Assembly (NCBI GenBank): GCA_951406725.2
Contig: OX597830.1
Coordinates: 33,852,001-33,916,000 of the forward strand
DNA length: 64,000 nt
From: Octopus vulgaris
Taxonomy: Eukaryota
Reading direction: 5' to 3'
Made by a program: the position numbers and the translations under genes. The notes below the pieces were generated by a model, which saw only the letters and a program-made list of their open reading frames with translations, was not told the DNA's origin and ran no database searches. Below, piece by piece: positions 13,517 to 25,384 of this stretch (positions within the stretch are counted from its first letter, which is position 1; every line of letters begins with the position of its first letter).

Positions 13517-15149
13517 GTAAGTATATTTACATACTCAAAATGGATTATTTCATACACGGAATAGTAGGACTAAAATAAATAGGGAAGTAATTGCCAGCAC
13601 AATTTTTAGAAGCGGCAGTAACTAAATGAAACTCGATACATGTAGAGTTAACACAAACATTGTTAAACCATGCTTAAATCAAACAAATGAAGGCAAATGG
13701 GACAACACAAAATCAAAATGACTTTTTTTATTTTTGCTTTGTTTTACTTCTTTTCTTTTTGTTTGTTAAATTGGTTGAGACAACAAAGTTTGAAATTAAT
13801 TGAAATTGGAAATAGGTATTATGGTGAAAGTAAAAATAGTCTACAATGGCAGTATTTGTAATCAAGCTGAGAGCTTTCATGTAGATGCTTAAATCCTCTT
13901 TATTGAAGAGGGAACCACTCGAGGCAAGTGTCCTATCTACTTTTTCTTTGCCTAATTTAGATAAATCTAATCTTCTTCACTAGTCTTAAAATTTAATAAT
14001 ATTCATCTTCCTTCATAAATTTTCTCTTTTTCTTTCTTCTTTCCTTGCAAGTAATGAGTTATTATTTGATGTTTTGTTTATATGTATATTATCAATAAGT
14101 TCGATAATGAAGTGGAGTAGATGAGCTCTTTGCATCACTTGACATAAATTTATGGATTAGTGGAAGTAGTTGTCGCAACAGTAACAGTCACTGAGTTGCC
14201 ATTTTGTATTAATGGTAGTCAGCGCCAGACAGAAATGATTTAAATCTCATCAAACAAAACAATTCAAAAAAATATTATCTATAAAAGATATATTTTAATA
14301 TGGATATAAAGTTTCAGCGATCATGTTGTTGCTTGTGTTAACACCACTACAGCCTTAAACATAGCAGATTTATGATCAAAGGAGATTTCATCATGATAAT
14401 TCCATCTTTCACGTGTTGAGATTTGTTTGTCTACCTAGGACTCCATTATCTAATGTTTCCCCTCTCTTTTCTAAGAAGAATAGGCTGTAATTCAGTTTTG
14501 CTTTTGTTGTTGTTTAACTCTGAGACAAACCTGAATGAGCTGTGCTATGATCAAATGTATTCCAGCCTGGACCATCCCTTTTCTGTCAAGCTACAGCACA
14601 CATGAGATTACATTTGCTCATGTGATTCCTTTTTTGTGTTTTTGATTTTTCTAAGTTAAGGTTTAATTTAAGAGAAATTTGGTTATTATTTCTAGAAGAT
14701 CAAGAGCTCATGTATGCAGAGCCATCTCAACAGCATTATTGGGTCCAGGGAAAATTAGGGCATTGGGCGCTATAGTATTTATTCTTTACCAACAAACCAC
14801 AGTGCACATAGATTAAAATTGACCCCCTAGACATATGAGGTCCTTGGACAACTGCCAACTGTGCCCATGTCTTAAAACAGTACTACATGTATTTCTACAC
14901 TCCTTGGCTTCATTAATATTCATTAGATATGAAAGTATTTGATGAAATATACCAAGCATTACACTACAGCCAATTGCATTTCACTACATTGAGCCTCTTT
15001 GTACCAAAAACTACTTCACATAATCCTTTATGAATAGTCAGTTGATTTCAGTAACACCAAGTCCATGCTATTTCTCAGGTCAGATCCAAAACCATTTACT
15101 GTTGTGCTATTGTGTAGGGCCTTCATGGACCAACGCTGATCAAGTACTA

Positions 15150-15835
15150 GAATTGATAGTTTATATTTTTAATTTTGTGCATGAGCATTGTTTGTTTTTG
15201 ATTTTGTTGACTACACAGTATAGTAGGGTCAGTTGGGCACCATTTGTGAGAAAAGCAATTCACTCTGGCAGAAATTTGGAAAACGACATGCTGTACTGCT
15301 TGGCATTTGCACAGGAAGCTCAAATGCAAACATTTCAGAGTGCTTGTGGGTCAATCTGAGAACAGTGCTATCTGAGGGCATGTACCGAAAGTGATAAAAA
15401 TCAAACATCTAGTCAGCATCATGATATTCGGCATGATCACTGGGGATGGCAATGTTATGCCTCCATTCATCTTCCCACATGGCCTCAGACTCAGCACAGA
15501 AGCCTACATCAAGTGCCTGGAGGATGTAGTGTTACCCTGAGTCAAGAGGGTGGCTGCTGGAAGACCTTATGTCTGGCAACAGGACTCTGCACCACGCCAC
15601 ACAAGCAGAAGAACCCAGTGATGGCTGTCAGACAATTTCTGAAACCGCATCATCCCTAACATCTGGCCACCTAACTCCCCAGACTGCAACCTCCCTTGAT
15701 TATTATGTGTGGGGCACAGTTGAACAAGAGACCAACAAAACTCCTTGGAAAACCAAAGATGAACTGAAGGCAAGGATTATGGCAGCATTCACCAACTTAA
15801 ACAAGGAGACTGTCTAGGAAAGTTGCAGGAGAATT
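15150..15835 (+). mobile_element. Internally deleted Tc1/mariner DD37D (maT-type) transposon remnant
   Basis: KRHAVLLGICTGSSNANISECLWVNLRTV (HTH-like) is joined directly to MIFGMITGDG..YVWQQDSAPRH..WPPNSPDCNxLDYYVWG. There are 37 residues between the last two catalytic D after correcting a 1-nt insertion. In-frame stops present. Confidence 0.85.
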
Positions 15836-15864
15836 GCAGCTCACCACCTTGATGATGAAAATAA

Positions 15865-16086
15865 TTTTCTTTCTCAGTTTGCCAAAAGGCCAGCAATTTT
15901 GAGGGGAAGGGTAAGTTGATTGCATTGACACCACAGCTTGACTGTTGCCTTATTTCATTGACCCTGAAGGGGCAAAAGGCAAAGTTGACCTGGATGGCCT
16001 TTGAACATAGAATGTAAACAAGCTCAAAGAAATACTGCTAAGCAGTTTGTCTGCTTTGGTAATAATGTTACCAGCTTGCTACCTTA
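15865..16086 (-). mobile_element. SINE family B, degenerate
   Basis: Contains aggcaaagttgacc..tttgaac..gctaagca..ccagcttgct family-B motifs. Confidence 0.65.
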
Positions 16087-16104
16087 CTACTAGTACAACT
16101 AGTA

Positions 16105-16897
16105 GATTGATATTGAGGGTACAACTCGGAACAACGTGGAGAGTTTTACATACCTGGGAAGCTATCTGTCCTCAAACTGCAGCATGGACAAAGATGTCTC
16201 CATGAGGCTTGCAAAAGCAGGATCTTCGTTTGGCAGACTTTGGACACATGTGTGGGCCGAACGAGGCATCAGACTTTCCACCAAGCTGGCAATCGTCATC
16301 ACCTCTCTGCTCTACAGCTGTGGGACGTGGACACTGTATAGGAGGCAAATGTGAGTACTTGACCAGTTCCACCTCCTCTGCTTGCAACAAATCATGGGAA
16401 TCTCCTGGGAGGACAGAGTCTCCAACACTGAGGTGCTTTGCAGAGCCGAAATGCCCAGGATCAAAGCCCTCATCATGAAGGCCCAGCTCCAATGGGTCGG
16501 ACATGTAGTCCGAATGGACGACGTGCATCTGCCAAAGATGATCTTCTTCTCTGAGCTGGCTTCTGGAACAAGAAACCCTGGAAGGCCACTGAGGCGATAC
16601 AAGGACTGCCTGTAGACTTCTCTGGAGGTCTCCAGCATTTCAGTCAATAGCTGGGAATCACTTGCCTCTGACCATGATGCCTGGCATCCAGCTGCTCAAA
16701 AGGGTGTTAGGCTGTTCAAGGAAAAATGCCTCAAGAACCTGGACCAGAAGCGACAAGCCTGAAAAGAGAGGATCCCCAGCCCTATATCTGCTGTTACATG
16801 ACCAACATATGGCCATGTCTGCGCGTTCACCTTTGGGTTACACTCCCTTCTGGTGTCACTGACATTATTGTCGAACCCTGACAGACTTCCATTATTA
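16105..16897 (+). pseudogene. 5'-truncated RTE-clade LINE (RT C-terminal region)
   Basis: VESFTYLGS..RLAKAGSSFGRL..LLYSCGTWTLYRR..LQWVGHVVRMDD..GRPLRRYKDCL with stops. Short (ATT)n tail. Candidate target-site duplication TACTAGTAC at 16088-16096 and 16898-16906. Confidence 0.9.
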
Positions 16898-17301
16898 TAC
16901 TAGTACTACTACTATTAATGATAATTCAGGCTCAGAGCAAATTTTGATGGAACTAGTAAATTACATCAAACCTGGTATTTGACTGATACAAAAGCCAGTT
17001 ATTAGCATTTTCTGAGGGAGACTTGGCTGCTGTATCTAGAGGTTGACCATTGAAAGTGGTAAGTATTTCGTCTGATTTGGTATGGAATCTGCCAGCTTAC
17101 TACCTTACTGCTAGTTATAGACTCTCCCTGTTGAGGACGATGTTTGAGTGTTCAGTTTTTTTGCTGAAAATCTGCACAAATGCATATGCCTAACTATAGA
17201 GTATGTTTTGATCTTTTCTCTTATTTGTCCGAGTCATTAGTCTGTGGTCATACTGGAGCACTGCCTTGAAGTGTTTAGTGGAACAAATCAATCCCAGTAT
17301 T

Positions 17302-17897
17302 TATTGCCTCTGCCTTAGTGAAGGCAGAGGTGCTGTTCTCAGTCATGTTTGTTTGCTCATGGACAAGATATCTCAAGAACTGCTGGATGAATTTGGATGA
17401 AACTTTCAGGGATGTCTGACCTTGTGATTGGTACAAACTGATTAGATTTTGAGATCGATCCGGTACCAGATAAGGATTCTGGATTATTTTTTGTTATATT
17501 TACTTTACTTGATTACTATCTAATGTTAACTTTCAAGTCTTTCTCAATTATCTCCCTTTAGGCTATAACTATTTTGAATGGTGAATTTGTTAACTTTGGC
17601 TTGTATTAGACAAGGATAAACTATTTATTACTGATACAAAATTTTCTACTGCCACCTTCACATTCCATGACTACCATTGGGATCGATCAGATAATGGACA
17701 AGGATTTTGGATTATTTTTCCGGTTTTTTTTTACGTAATTTTTGAGAGTGGTGGGGTTCGTTTTTAGTATTCTCTTTTGTAAGAACAGTCAAGTTTATTT
17801 CAGATATTTTCATTTTAAAAAGTCGTCTCTGACTAATCGTTGAGAGGACATTGGTGTTGCTTTTGCAGAAGCTTGCGCTCACTGAGTGATCCTGTTT
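17302..17897 (+). mobile_element. Non-autonomous Helentron-associated (HINE/DINE-like) element
   Basis: 5' ttattgcctctgccttagtgaaggcagagg hairpin/subTIR, then ..ggatgaatttggatgaaactttcagg.., internal duplication gatcgatc..ggattattttt, and 3' gcagaagcttgcgctcactgagtg. Sits in a TT-rich site. Confidence 0.6.
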
Positions 17898-18049
17898 ATT
17901 TTTGTGTCTTGAACTTCTATTGGTCTCTTTTACTGAACCACTAGATTACAGGGATGTGAACAAACCAGCCCCAGTTGTCAAGCAACATGAGGGACAAACA
18001 CAAAAATGCATACACACATACATACATACCCACATACATACATACATAC

Positions 18050-18470
18050 ATTATTATTATGGCTGCCCCCTTGTTATTGAAGCTTTACTAGTGCTGTGAT
18101 CGAATGTGACATTTTAGCCCCGCTAAAGATCTACAATGTCTTGTACAAAATTGGCAACTAAAACCTTTACTGGTAATAGCCAGCTGTAGTTGTAACTGGG
18201 CTTCATGTACCTTTGCATGTCGTTTAAGTCCTCTTGCCGAATTACACTCTCTTCCACATGCCCGACAGATATGATTAGTATGGTGTGTTACACTGCCACC
18301 AGTGGCCAGGTTGTCATTCATCTGTCTCGTTTTACGACTACAAAGATGGCTCTTGAGTCCAGCTTTACTGAGGCAGGGTCTTGCACAGACATTGCATGTC
18401 AGCATCAAAGAAGACCCTTCCCTTCTGGAAGTATAACAGCGATGCCCTTCCTGACATCCCTCCTTACTTT
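18050..18470 (-). pseudogene. RTE-like LINE 3' end encoding three tandem C2H2 zinc fingers
   Basis: ORF 18088-18408: CNVCARPCLSKAGLKSHLCS, CRACGRECNSARGLKRHAKVH, CQFCTRHCRSLAGLKCHIRSQH. Upstream RRDVRKGI-like RTE motif lies in another frame. (TAA)n tail. Confidence 0.65.
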
Positions 18471-18523
18471 CTCATACATACATACATATTTATACACACA
18501 CACAAACATATATGGCAGTGCAT

Positions 18524-18613
18524 GTATGAGCTACAGTTATACATATTCTAAAATATGAACAATACAGAGAAGATTAGCATGGCCCCTGTGCTAGAACAAC
18601 ACCCAAATTCATG
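18524..18613 (+). pseudogene. U6: U6 snRNA-derived sequence, 3'-truncated and mutated
   Basis: ACATATtCTAAAATatGAACaATACAGAGAAGATTAGCATGGCCCCTGtGCtAGaAcaACACcCAAATTCaTG matches U6, including the ACAGAGA box and AGC triad. The 5' hairpin is degenerate and the 3' end is missing. Confidence 0.88.
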
Positions 18614-19591
18614 TTGGGGCCACGCTGGGGAACATGATGGAGCCCCATCATGGCTGCAATCTAATGACTGAAACAAGTAAAAGATTAAAAAATTGGTAAA
18701 AGATGTACATATAATGGGCTTCTGCATGTATTTTCATCTACCAAATTCTTTCATAAGGCATTGGTCAGTCAAGGTCTATTGTGGAAGACATGTGTCCAAG
18801 GTACCATATGGTGGGACTGAACCCAAAATCATATGGTTGCGAATTAAGCTTTTTAACCACACAACTTATAGTAACTTATATAATTTTAAAAAATAATTTT
18901 GTTAATAAATTTTCCCTCAAAAATATATAGAAAGTGAAAGAAATAATATTAATATGAAATTACATGACTTAATGTAATTTTTGACTATTTTTCAATGGAG
19001 AAAAAAAAACTTTATATTCAGAACCTTGTTGTATTTGAGTAGATGCAGACTGTTGTTAGTATGTTATGCAGTAAACAAGCTTCTAAACAGCCAATGCTAA
19101 CATAGAAAGAAAGAATGAAAGCAAGAAATAAGACATTAAGACAAGATCTCTCCTGTATAATTGAAGCTGATGTATCTGATTTTTCTGATTACTTTCAGAA
19201 ACATTTAAAGTGCCTCAATACATGTTGCTTGTTTGTCTCTTGATTTTCCTTTCCTTTTTCTATTTCTTTTATTTTGAAACTAGTATCGAGTTAGTTAATT
19301 TGAGAATATACACATGTAGAAGAGTGAATACACATACATATATATATATATATATTTATGTATATATATATATATATGTGTGTGTGTGTATGTGTGTGTG
19401 TTCATATGTATTTTGTATATTTGCATCACGTATGTTTTCGAGTGTGTGTGTGTGTGTGTGTGGCGCTTTGATATATAAGAAACCCTGCACTCAAGTTCCT
19501 CTGCTGCAAATGAACCTTGCAATGATGTGTTATGCAGCTGCACAGGAAATCTCAATTACTGAATGATAGACACACACACACGTACACACCT

Positions 19592-19637
<46 letters not shown>

Positions 19638-19640
19638 TAT

Positions 19641-19702
<62 letters not shown>

Positions 19703-20376
19703 GTATATATATATACATATGTGTTACGTATATATGTGTATATGTGCATGTGTTTTCTATTTTCTCGATAATTATTTCAGTCTGCAAAGTTCATTTAAAC
19801 ATTTGTTTTATTTTTTTGCTTTGCTTTTTCACTTTTATACACAGTTTGCTTTGTGCGCTTATATACATGTATGCGTGTGCATATACATACACACACACGT
19901 GTCTGTATATATTTATATGTACATGATGTTATATATATATATATATATATATGATGTTATTTTGTTGTTTTATTCTCCTCTTCCTAATCCCCTCTCTCTC
20001 TCTCTTCCTTTATCTTTTTATCTCTTTCTTATTTTTCTAAATTCTTCCTTTTCATTGTTTTTTTGTTTTCTTTTCCTTTTTACCAATTCTGTTCTTGCTG
20101 TTATTGTTGTTGTTGTTGTTGTTATATAGTTATTGTTGTTATTGTTGCTCTTGATTAAATTAACTATCAGTCTGGAGATTACCATCAGAGACTTAAAGAA
20201 TTTTTGTTTTCATTATATGGTGGGCTTGTGTGTGTGTGTATGTGTGTATGTGTGTCTCTCCACGTTAATGCCTGCACTACAGTGATTATATATATATATA
20301 TACATATGTATGAATATATATTTATATATACATATATATGTGTACATATATATATACATATATATATGTGCATATA

Positions 20377-20428
<52 letters not shown>

Positions 20429-21039
20429 CGTATGTATGTGTGGATATATATATATATGCATGTATGTATATTATGTGCATATGTGTGTGTGTGTGTGCTT
20501 TACTTTTTTGTTTCTTTGTATTTTTCTTTTTTTTTTTATATGACAAGCAAATAAATGTCTATCTTGGAGATAGAAGAATCAGTTCTGTGATTAATTTCTC
20601 AGTCTAATAATCAATCTGTCTACATTGCTTAATTACTGATGTTCATTGTTATTATCATTATTGTTAATGTTGAGTTTGCTTCCGTTGTTGTTATTGTTAT
20701 TGTAGTGGTGTGTTGTGTTATACTTTTAATTGAGTGGCACAATGAATGAGATATTTCAACTATTGTGCCATTGACTGCTGACCAGACTAGACCGGACGAG
20801 ACCAGACTAAATAGTTATGAGTTCAAGCCTTAGAATTTTTACTTCCAGAATGACTGGGTGAAACAGGCACTGGTGTGGCTGTGTGGTAAGAGGTTTTGTT
20901 TCCCAGTCACCTGGTAATGGGTTCAGTCCCACAGTGTGACACCTTGAGCAATGTCTTTAGTATAGCCCCGTGCTGATCAAAGCCTTGTGAGTAGATCTGA
21001 TTGATGGAAACTGAACAGAGCCCGCTGTATATGCATGTA

Positions 21040-21240
21040 GGTGCACAAATGAAATGCAAATACAAACTGCGGAGGTCCAGAGCCAACACTTTGCATTCAG
21101 TCTCAGCAGGCCACAAGTGCCCAAACTGTAGGTGAGCCTTTTGAGCCCACATTGGACCGATTGGCCATAGCTGGATACACCTTGACTTGACATCTCCCAT
21201 GCGATACCCTTGGTTATCCTCAACAACAGATGAACTTATA
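21040..21240 (+). pseudogene. RTE-clade LINE extreme 3' end (terminal C2H2 finger)
   Basis: Translates as HKCPNCR*AF*AHIGPIGHSWIH, like the RTE terminal CPxCxRxFxxRIGLxSHxRxH motif. Confidence 0.6.
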
Positions 21241-21307
21241 GAAAATAATGTATGTATGTACGTATGCATGTATGTATGTATATATGTATGTATGTATGTA
21301 TGTATGT

Positions 21308-21645
21308 CATTATTAAGTCTATTTCAAGATTTCTTGCCAATAGAGAAGAAACCAGTTTCTAACCAAGATCTAAGGCTCCTTCATTGGAATTTCAACATCA
21401 ACAACGGGGTATTTTTGTTTGTATGTATGTATATATGTATGTATGTATGTATGTAAGTATGTATGTATGTATGTATGTAAGAATGTTTACAGAATAATTA
21501 CAGGTATAAAGAATAATTACAGGTATAAACCTGAACTTGTAATCTGGATAGGGTAACTGCAGATTTCTCAATAGTTCAGCATAGGTGTTCTCTTTTTCAC
21601 TGATCTTCAGCTTTACGTTAACATATGCTGGGCAGCTAATTTCCA
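21308..21645 (-). mobile_element. R4-like RLE retrotransposon fragments in (TACA)n
   Basis: EISCPAYVNVKLKISEKENTYAELLRNLQLPYPDYKFRFIPVII is an RLE-type peptide. The 3'UTR piece at 21308-21410 matches 34865-34966. Confidence 0.7.
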
Positions 21646-22078
21646 CATGTATGTATGTATGTGTGTTTGTGTGTGTGTGTGTGAGTGTGAGTGTGTGTGT
21701 GTGTGTGTGAGTTTGTGTGTCTTCTTGTCTTGATATTGCATGGTAGCTGTATATTCATTGTAACTGTGATACAAGCAGCATCAATCATCTTTGATATTCT
21801 GCAAGAACATGCTTGACCATGGAGAAGTATCAATTTGCTTATAAACAGGCAAGGTTCGAAACAAGAAGAGCATCCAGCCTGTAAAACATTTGTTTCAATA
21901 GATTCTGCCTGATCCATGCAAGCATGGAAAGTAGGTGCTAAATCTGTGACGATGTCGGTATATCATACCCGGAGATGCCTACTGCATGAAAACTTGATAG
22001 TTAAGTGGTCCAACAATATTTGATGCAATAAACACTGGAAAATTTTTAATTAAACAAAAATCTCTCACCTCACATTAA

Positions 22079-22278
22079 TCTTCTTCTTCTTCTTCTTCTT
22101 CTTCTTCTTCTTCTTCTTCTTCTTCTTCTTCTTCTTCTTGTTCTTCTTGTTCTTTTTCTTCTCCTTCTCCTTCTACTTCTTCTTGTTCTTGTTCTTCTTC
22201 TCCTTCTCCTTCTTCTCCTTCTCCTTCTACTTCTTCTTCTTCTTCTTCTTCTCCTTCTCCTTCTTCTCCTTCTCCTTC

Positions 22279-22310
<32 letters not shown>

Positions 22311-22382
22311 CTTCTTCTTCTTCTTCTCCTTCTTCTTCTTCTTCTTCTTCTTCTTCTTCTTCTTCTTCTTCTTCTTCTTCTT

Positions 22383-22412
<30 letters not shown>
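22079..22412. repeat. (CTT)n/(GAA)n trinucleotide tract, about 330 bp
   Basis: Seen directly. Interrupted by recurring ctc/cta variants. Confidence 0.98.
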
Positions 22413-22413
<1 letters not shown>

Positions 22414-22529
22414 AGCTGATCAATTCCATAGAGCCTTCCTTCTTGGCAAACATATTTTGCAGCTTGTTGATCATGGCCTATAGGCAACAAAACAGAAGGA
22501 ACTAATATTATTTTTAATTCAAGCAAAGG

Positions 22530-22720
22530 CAGCAAGCTGGCAGAATCGTTAGCATGCTGGGAAAAATGTTTAGCAACATTTCATCTGTCATTACGTTCTG
22601 TGTTCAAATCCCACCTAAATCGACTTTGCCTTTCATCCCTTTTGAGATCGATAAAATAAGTACCAGTCGAGCAGTCAATGTTATTGAACTTGCTGGCCTT
22701 GTGCCAAAATTTGAAACCAA
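22530..22720 (+). mobile_element. SINE family B
   Basis: aaggcagcaagctggcagaatcgttagc..gttcaaatccc..gcctttcatccc..gataaaataagtaccag. Confidence 0.8.
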
Positions 22721-22785
22721 TGTTAGTTAAAGTAGCTGGCAGAATCATATGGTGGTGGTGGTGGTAGGTGTGGTGGTGATGGTAG

Positions 22786-22816
<31 letters not shown>

Positions 22817-23054
22817 GGGAGTGTTGGAAAGGCAATGGTTGCATGCTTGTATGTCACCAAATTACCACATTACCAACACAGTAATGACCACCACAACTGC
22901 CATCTCCATTACCATCATTACACAGTCCCAATTTTTGTCTTCTTCGAAGGGTTGTTTTTCAGTACCTTACCATTCCATTTTTTTTACCTCCACATCACTA
23001 CCACCTTTAGGCCTACCATATTTCTATCCCTTCATGTTTTGGCTAGTCTACATT

Positions 23055-23285
23055 ACTCTGTAAGGAGCATAGGACTAGTTTCCTAGTTTCTCTAGAACAT
23101 ATATTCCTCCCTGGCTGGAACTCTACTCCTTTGTAGAATTACTCATTTCTCCACCTGAGTGGTCTGGAACAATGTAAAATGAAGTGTTTTGCTCAAATGC
23201 TTAACGCATTGCCCAGTCCTGGAATCAAAACCACAAACTTATGCTCCTGATTTCAACACCCTGACCACTACGTCATGCACCTCCA
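23055..23285 (-). mobile_element. tRNA-derived SINE with CORE-like segment
   Basis: Minus strand ..ttgagcaaaacacttcattt..gagt.. is shared with 39358-39550 and 51335-51580. Confidence 0.6.
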
Positions 23286-23937
23286 CCCACAAAATATCTT
23301 ACCACAAATTCCCCATCCATTCCCCTCCATACTGTTTTCTTCCCATATTTTCAATCTTCTTCCTGTTATTTTAGTTTTATTACATTTAAAATTTCATGTT
23401 TTTTATATTTAATTTTGCATTATTTTATTCTATCTTTTGTTTTATATATATTTCCACTTTTATATATTTTACATATTTTTTTGTCTGTTCTATATTTTCT
23501 TTGTTCTTTTCATCTTTTTTCTTCTGTATTCCTTTTGCAAGTTCTGTTTTAAAATCAATTTTAGTATTGCAGTTCAATATCGTTTACACAATTTAGTATT
23601 TATGATAAGATAATGGTGAAGAAATGATACAGTGGTACCGGGAATGTAACAAATACATTTATGGCAGTGAAACAATAGAATTTCAAAGACATAACTGACG
23701 GTCTGCATTAGTTTAGAAAATATATATTTATGTGTACATGGTGTTTAGAAAATTTATTTGGAAAATAACTGAACATAAATAAGTAACAAAATTAGATAAG
23801 ATGGTTTGTTTTGAGAATAAGAAGTGAACAAATGTCTGTTGTTTTTCAACAAAGGCCCTTGATCTAAGGAAGGGCTCCTGCATGAAACTCCAGATTTCTC
23901 CTCTTTCTCACAGCAAACTAAGTCATTTTATTTTGTG

Positions 23938-24150
23938 AACTCTTTTACTTGTTTCAGTCATTTGACTGCGGCCATGCTGGAGCACCGCCTTTAGTCGAGC
24001 AAATCGACCCCAGGACTTGTTTTTTGTAAGCCTAGTACTTATTCTATTGATCTCTTTTGCCGAACCACTAAGTTATGGGGACGTAAACACACCAGCATCG
24101 GTTGTCAAGTGATGTTGGGTGGACAAACACAGACACACAAACATATATAT

Positions 24151-24181
<31 letters not shown>

Positions 24182-24349
24182 CATATATACGATGGGCTTC
24201 TTTCAGTTTCTGTCCACCAGATCCACTCACAGGGCTTTGGTCGGCCCAAAGCTATAGTAGAAGACACTTGAACAAGGTGCTATGCAGTGGTACATGAACC
24301 TGGAACCATGTGGTTGGTAAGCAAGCTACTTACCACACAGCCACTCCTA
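23938..24349 (-). mobile_element. SINE family A, full length
   Basis: Head, microsatellite and tail as in the other copies. Confidence 0.88.
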
Positions 24350-24714
24350 CTCCGACTGTTTGCATTTATGGTACATTACATCTTTTTAGTACCATTGCTG
24401 GAATCTGAATGAATTACAGAATCAAGGAGATTACATATGTTGTGAAGAGAAGGATTTTTGAGCTGCGGAGATTTCGTTGTTTATGGTAGAATACTAGGGG
24501 CATAGCAACTTATTGAAGGAGAAATTTTTGGCACATCACACTTATGGAATTGATACTTTATTTTCCATGGGACTTTGTAAAATGGTGTGTGCATGTGAGT
24601 GTGTGTGAGAGAGAGAGAAAGAGAGAAATGAAAATTAATTTATAAAAAAACATGTTAAATTGTACCAGTTTGTTACCAATTGCTATATTTGAAATCATTG
24701 AAGGCAATAACAAA

Positions 24715-25000
24715 TGACTGAGACCTTTGGCAATATGCTGTGCTTCAGAAGAAGACCCATCAGACCAAGTGAAATTGTAGATGTGGCAGATACTAGTCTC
24801 ATGCAAGTGGCGCCTGTGCTGGTGGCATGTAAAAGCACACATTATACTCTCTGAGTTGTTGGTTTAAGAAGGGCATCCAGCTGTAGAAACTATGTCAAAT
24901 CTGACTGGAACCTGGTGCAGCTCTCCAGCTTACCAGCCCTGGTCAAACTGTCCAACCCATGGCAGTATGGACAATGGAGGTTAGGTTAAATGATGATGAT
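24715..25000 (+). mobile_element. Family C: RTE-type 3'UTR or derived SINE with (GAT)n tail
   Basis: gtggcatgtaaaagcac..gaagggcatccagctgtagaaac..gtccaacccatg..aaatgatgatgat. Confidence 0.7.
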
Positions 25001-25384
25001 GGTGTTTGAGAAATAATAGAAAATGGTAGAAATCTTAATTTAAGGACTTTATGATACAAGGTTTGATTTCCACATTACTTTAGATTTGTGAAGGTGATAT
25101 ATATATAAATCAAAGACTGCTAGAAAAGGCAGTGACACTTAATGGTGTGAGGTTTGGTGAGTCACTATTCTGCAGAGTCATGCAGACGTTGCTTTTGTTG
25201 TTATTTCACACTGTGTCAGACCTGATTGAATAAAGTTTCGAGTAAAGGCATTCCATCCATGACTACTCTGTCATTCATTCTGGTATAGTCCACTTAGGAC
25301 TCTATTATCTGGTGTGTTGGTCTTTTTAAAGATAGTGGTAGGGTGTAATTCTCAGTGTGATTTAAAAAAGATAATTTCCAGGGT

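Larger units (their letters stand above)
17213..18865 (-). mobile_element. SINE family A copy split by nested insertions
   Basis: Tail (17213-17301), middle (17898-18050) and head (18712-18865) are collinear on the minus strand. Confidence 0.7.

Noticed and set aside
18524-18613. Functional U6 gene
   Set aside because: Multiple substitutions, a broken 5' hairpin, no 3' end or T-run terminator, and it is nested in a SINE.
22070-22474. Protamine-like poly-Arg protein
   Set aside because: The frame is simply the (GAA)n tract. Kept only as a weak exon candidate.
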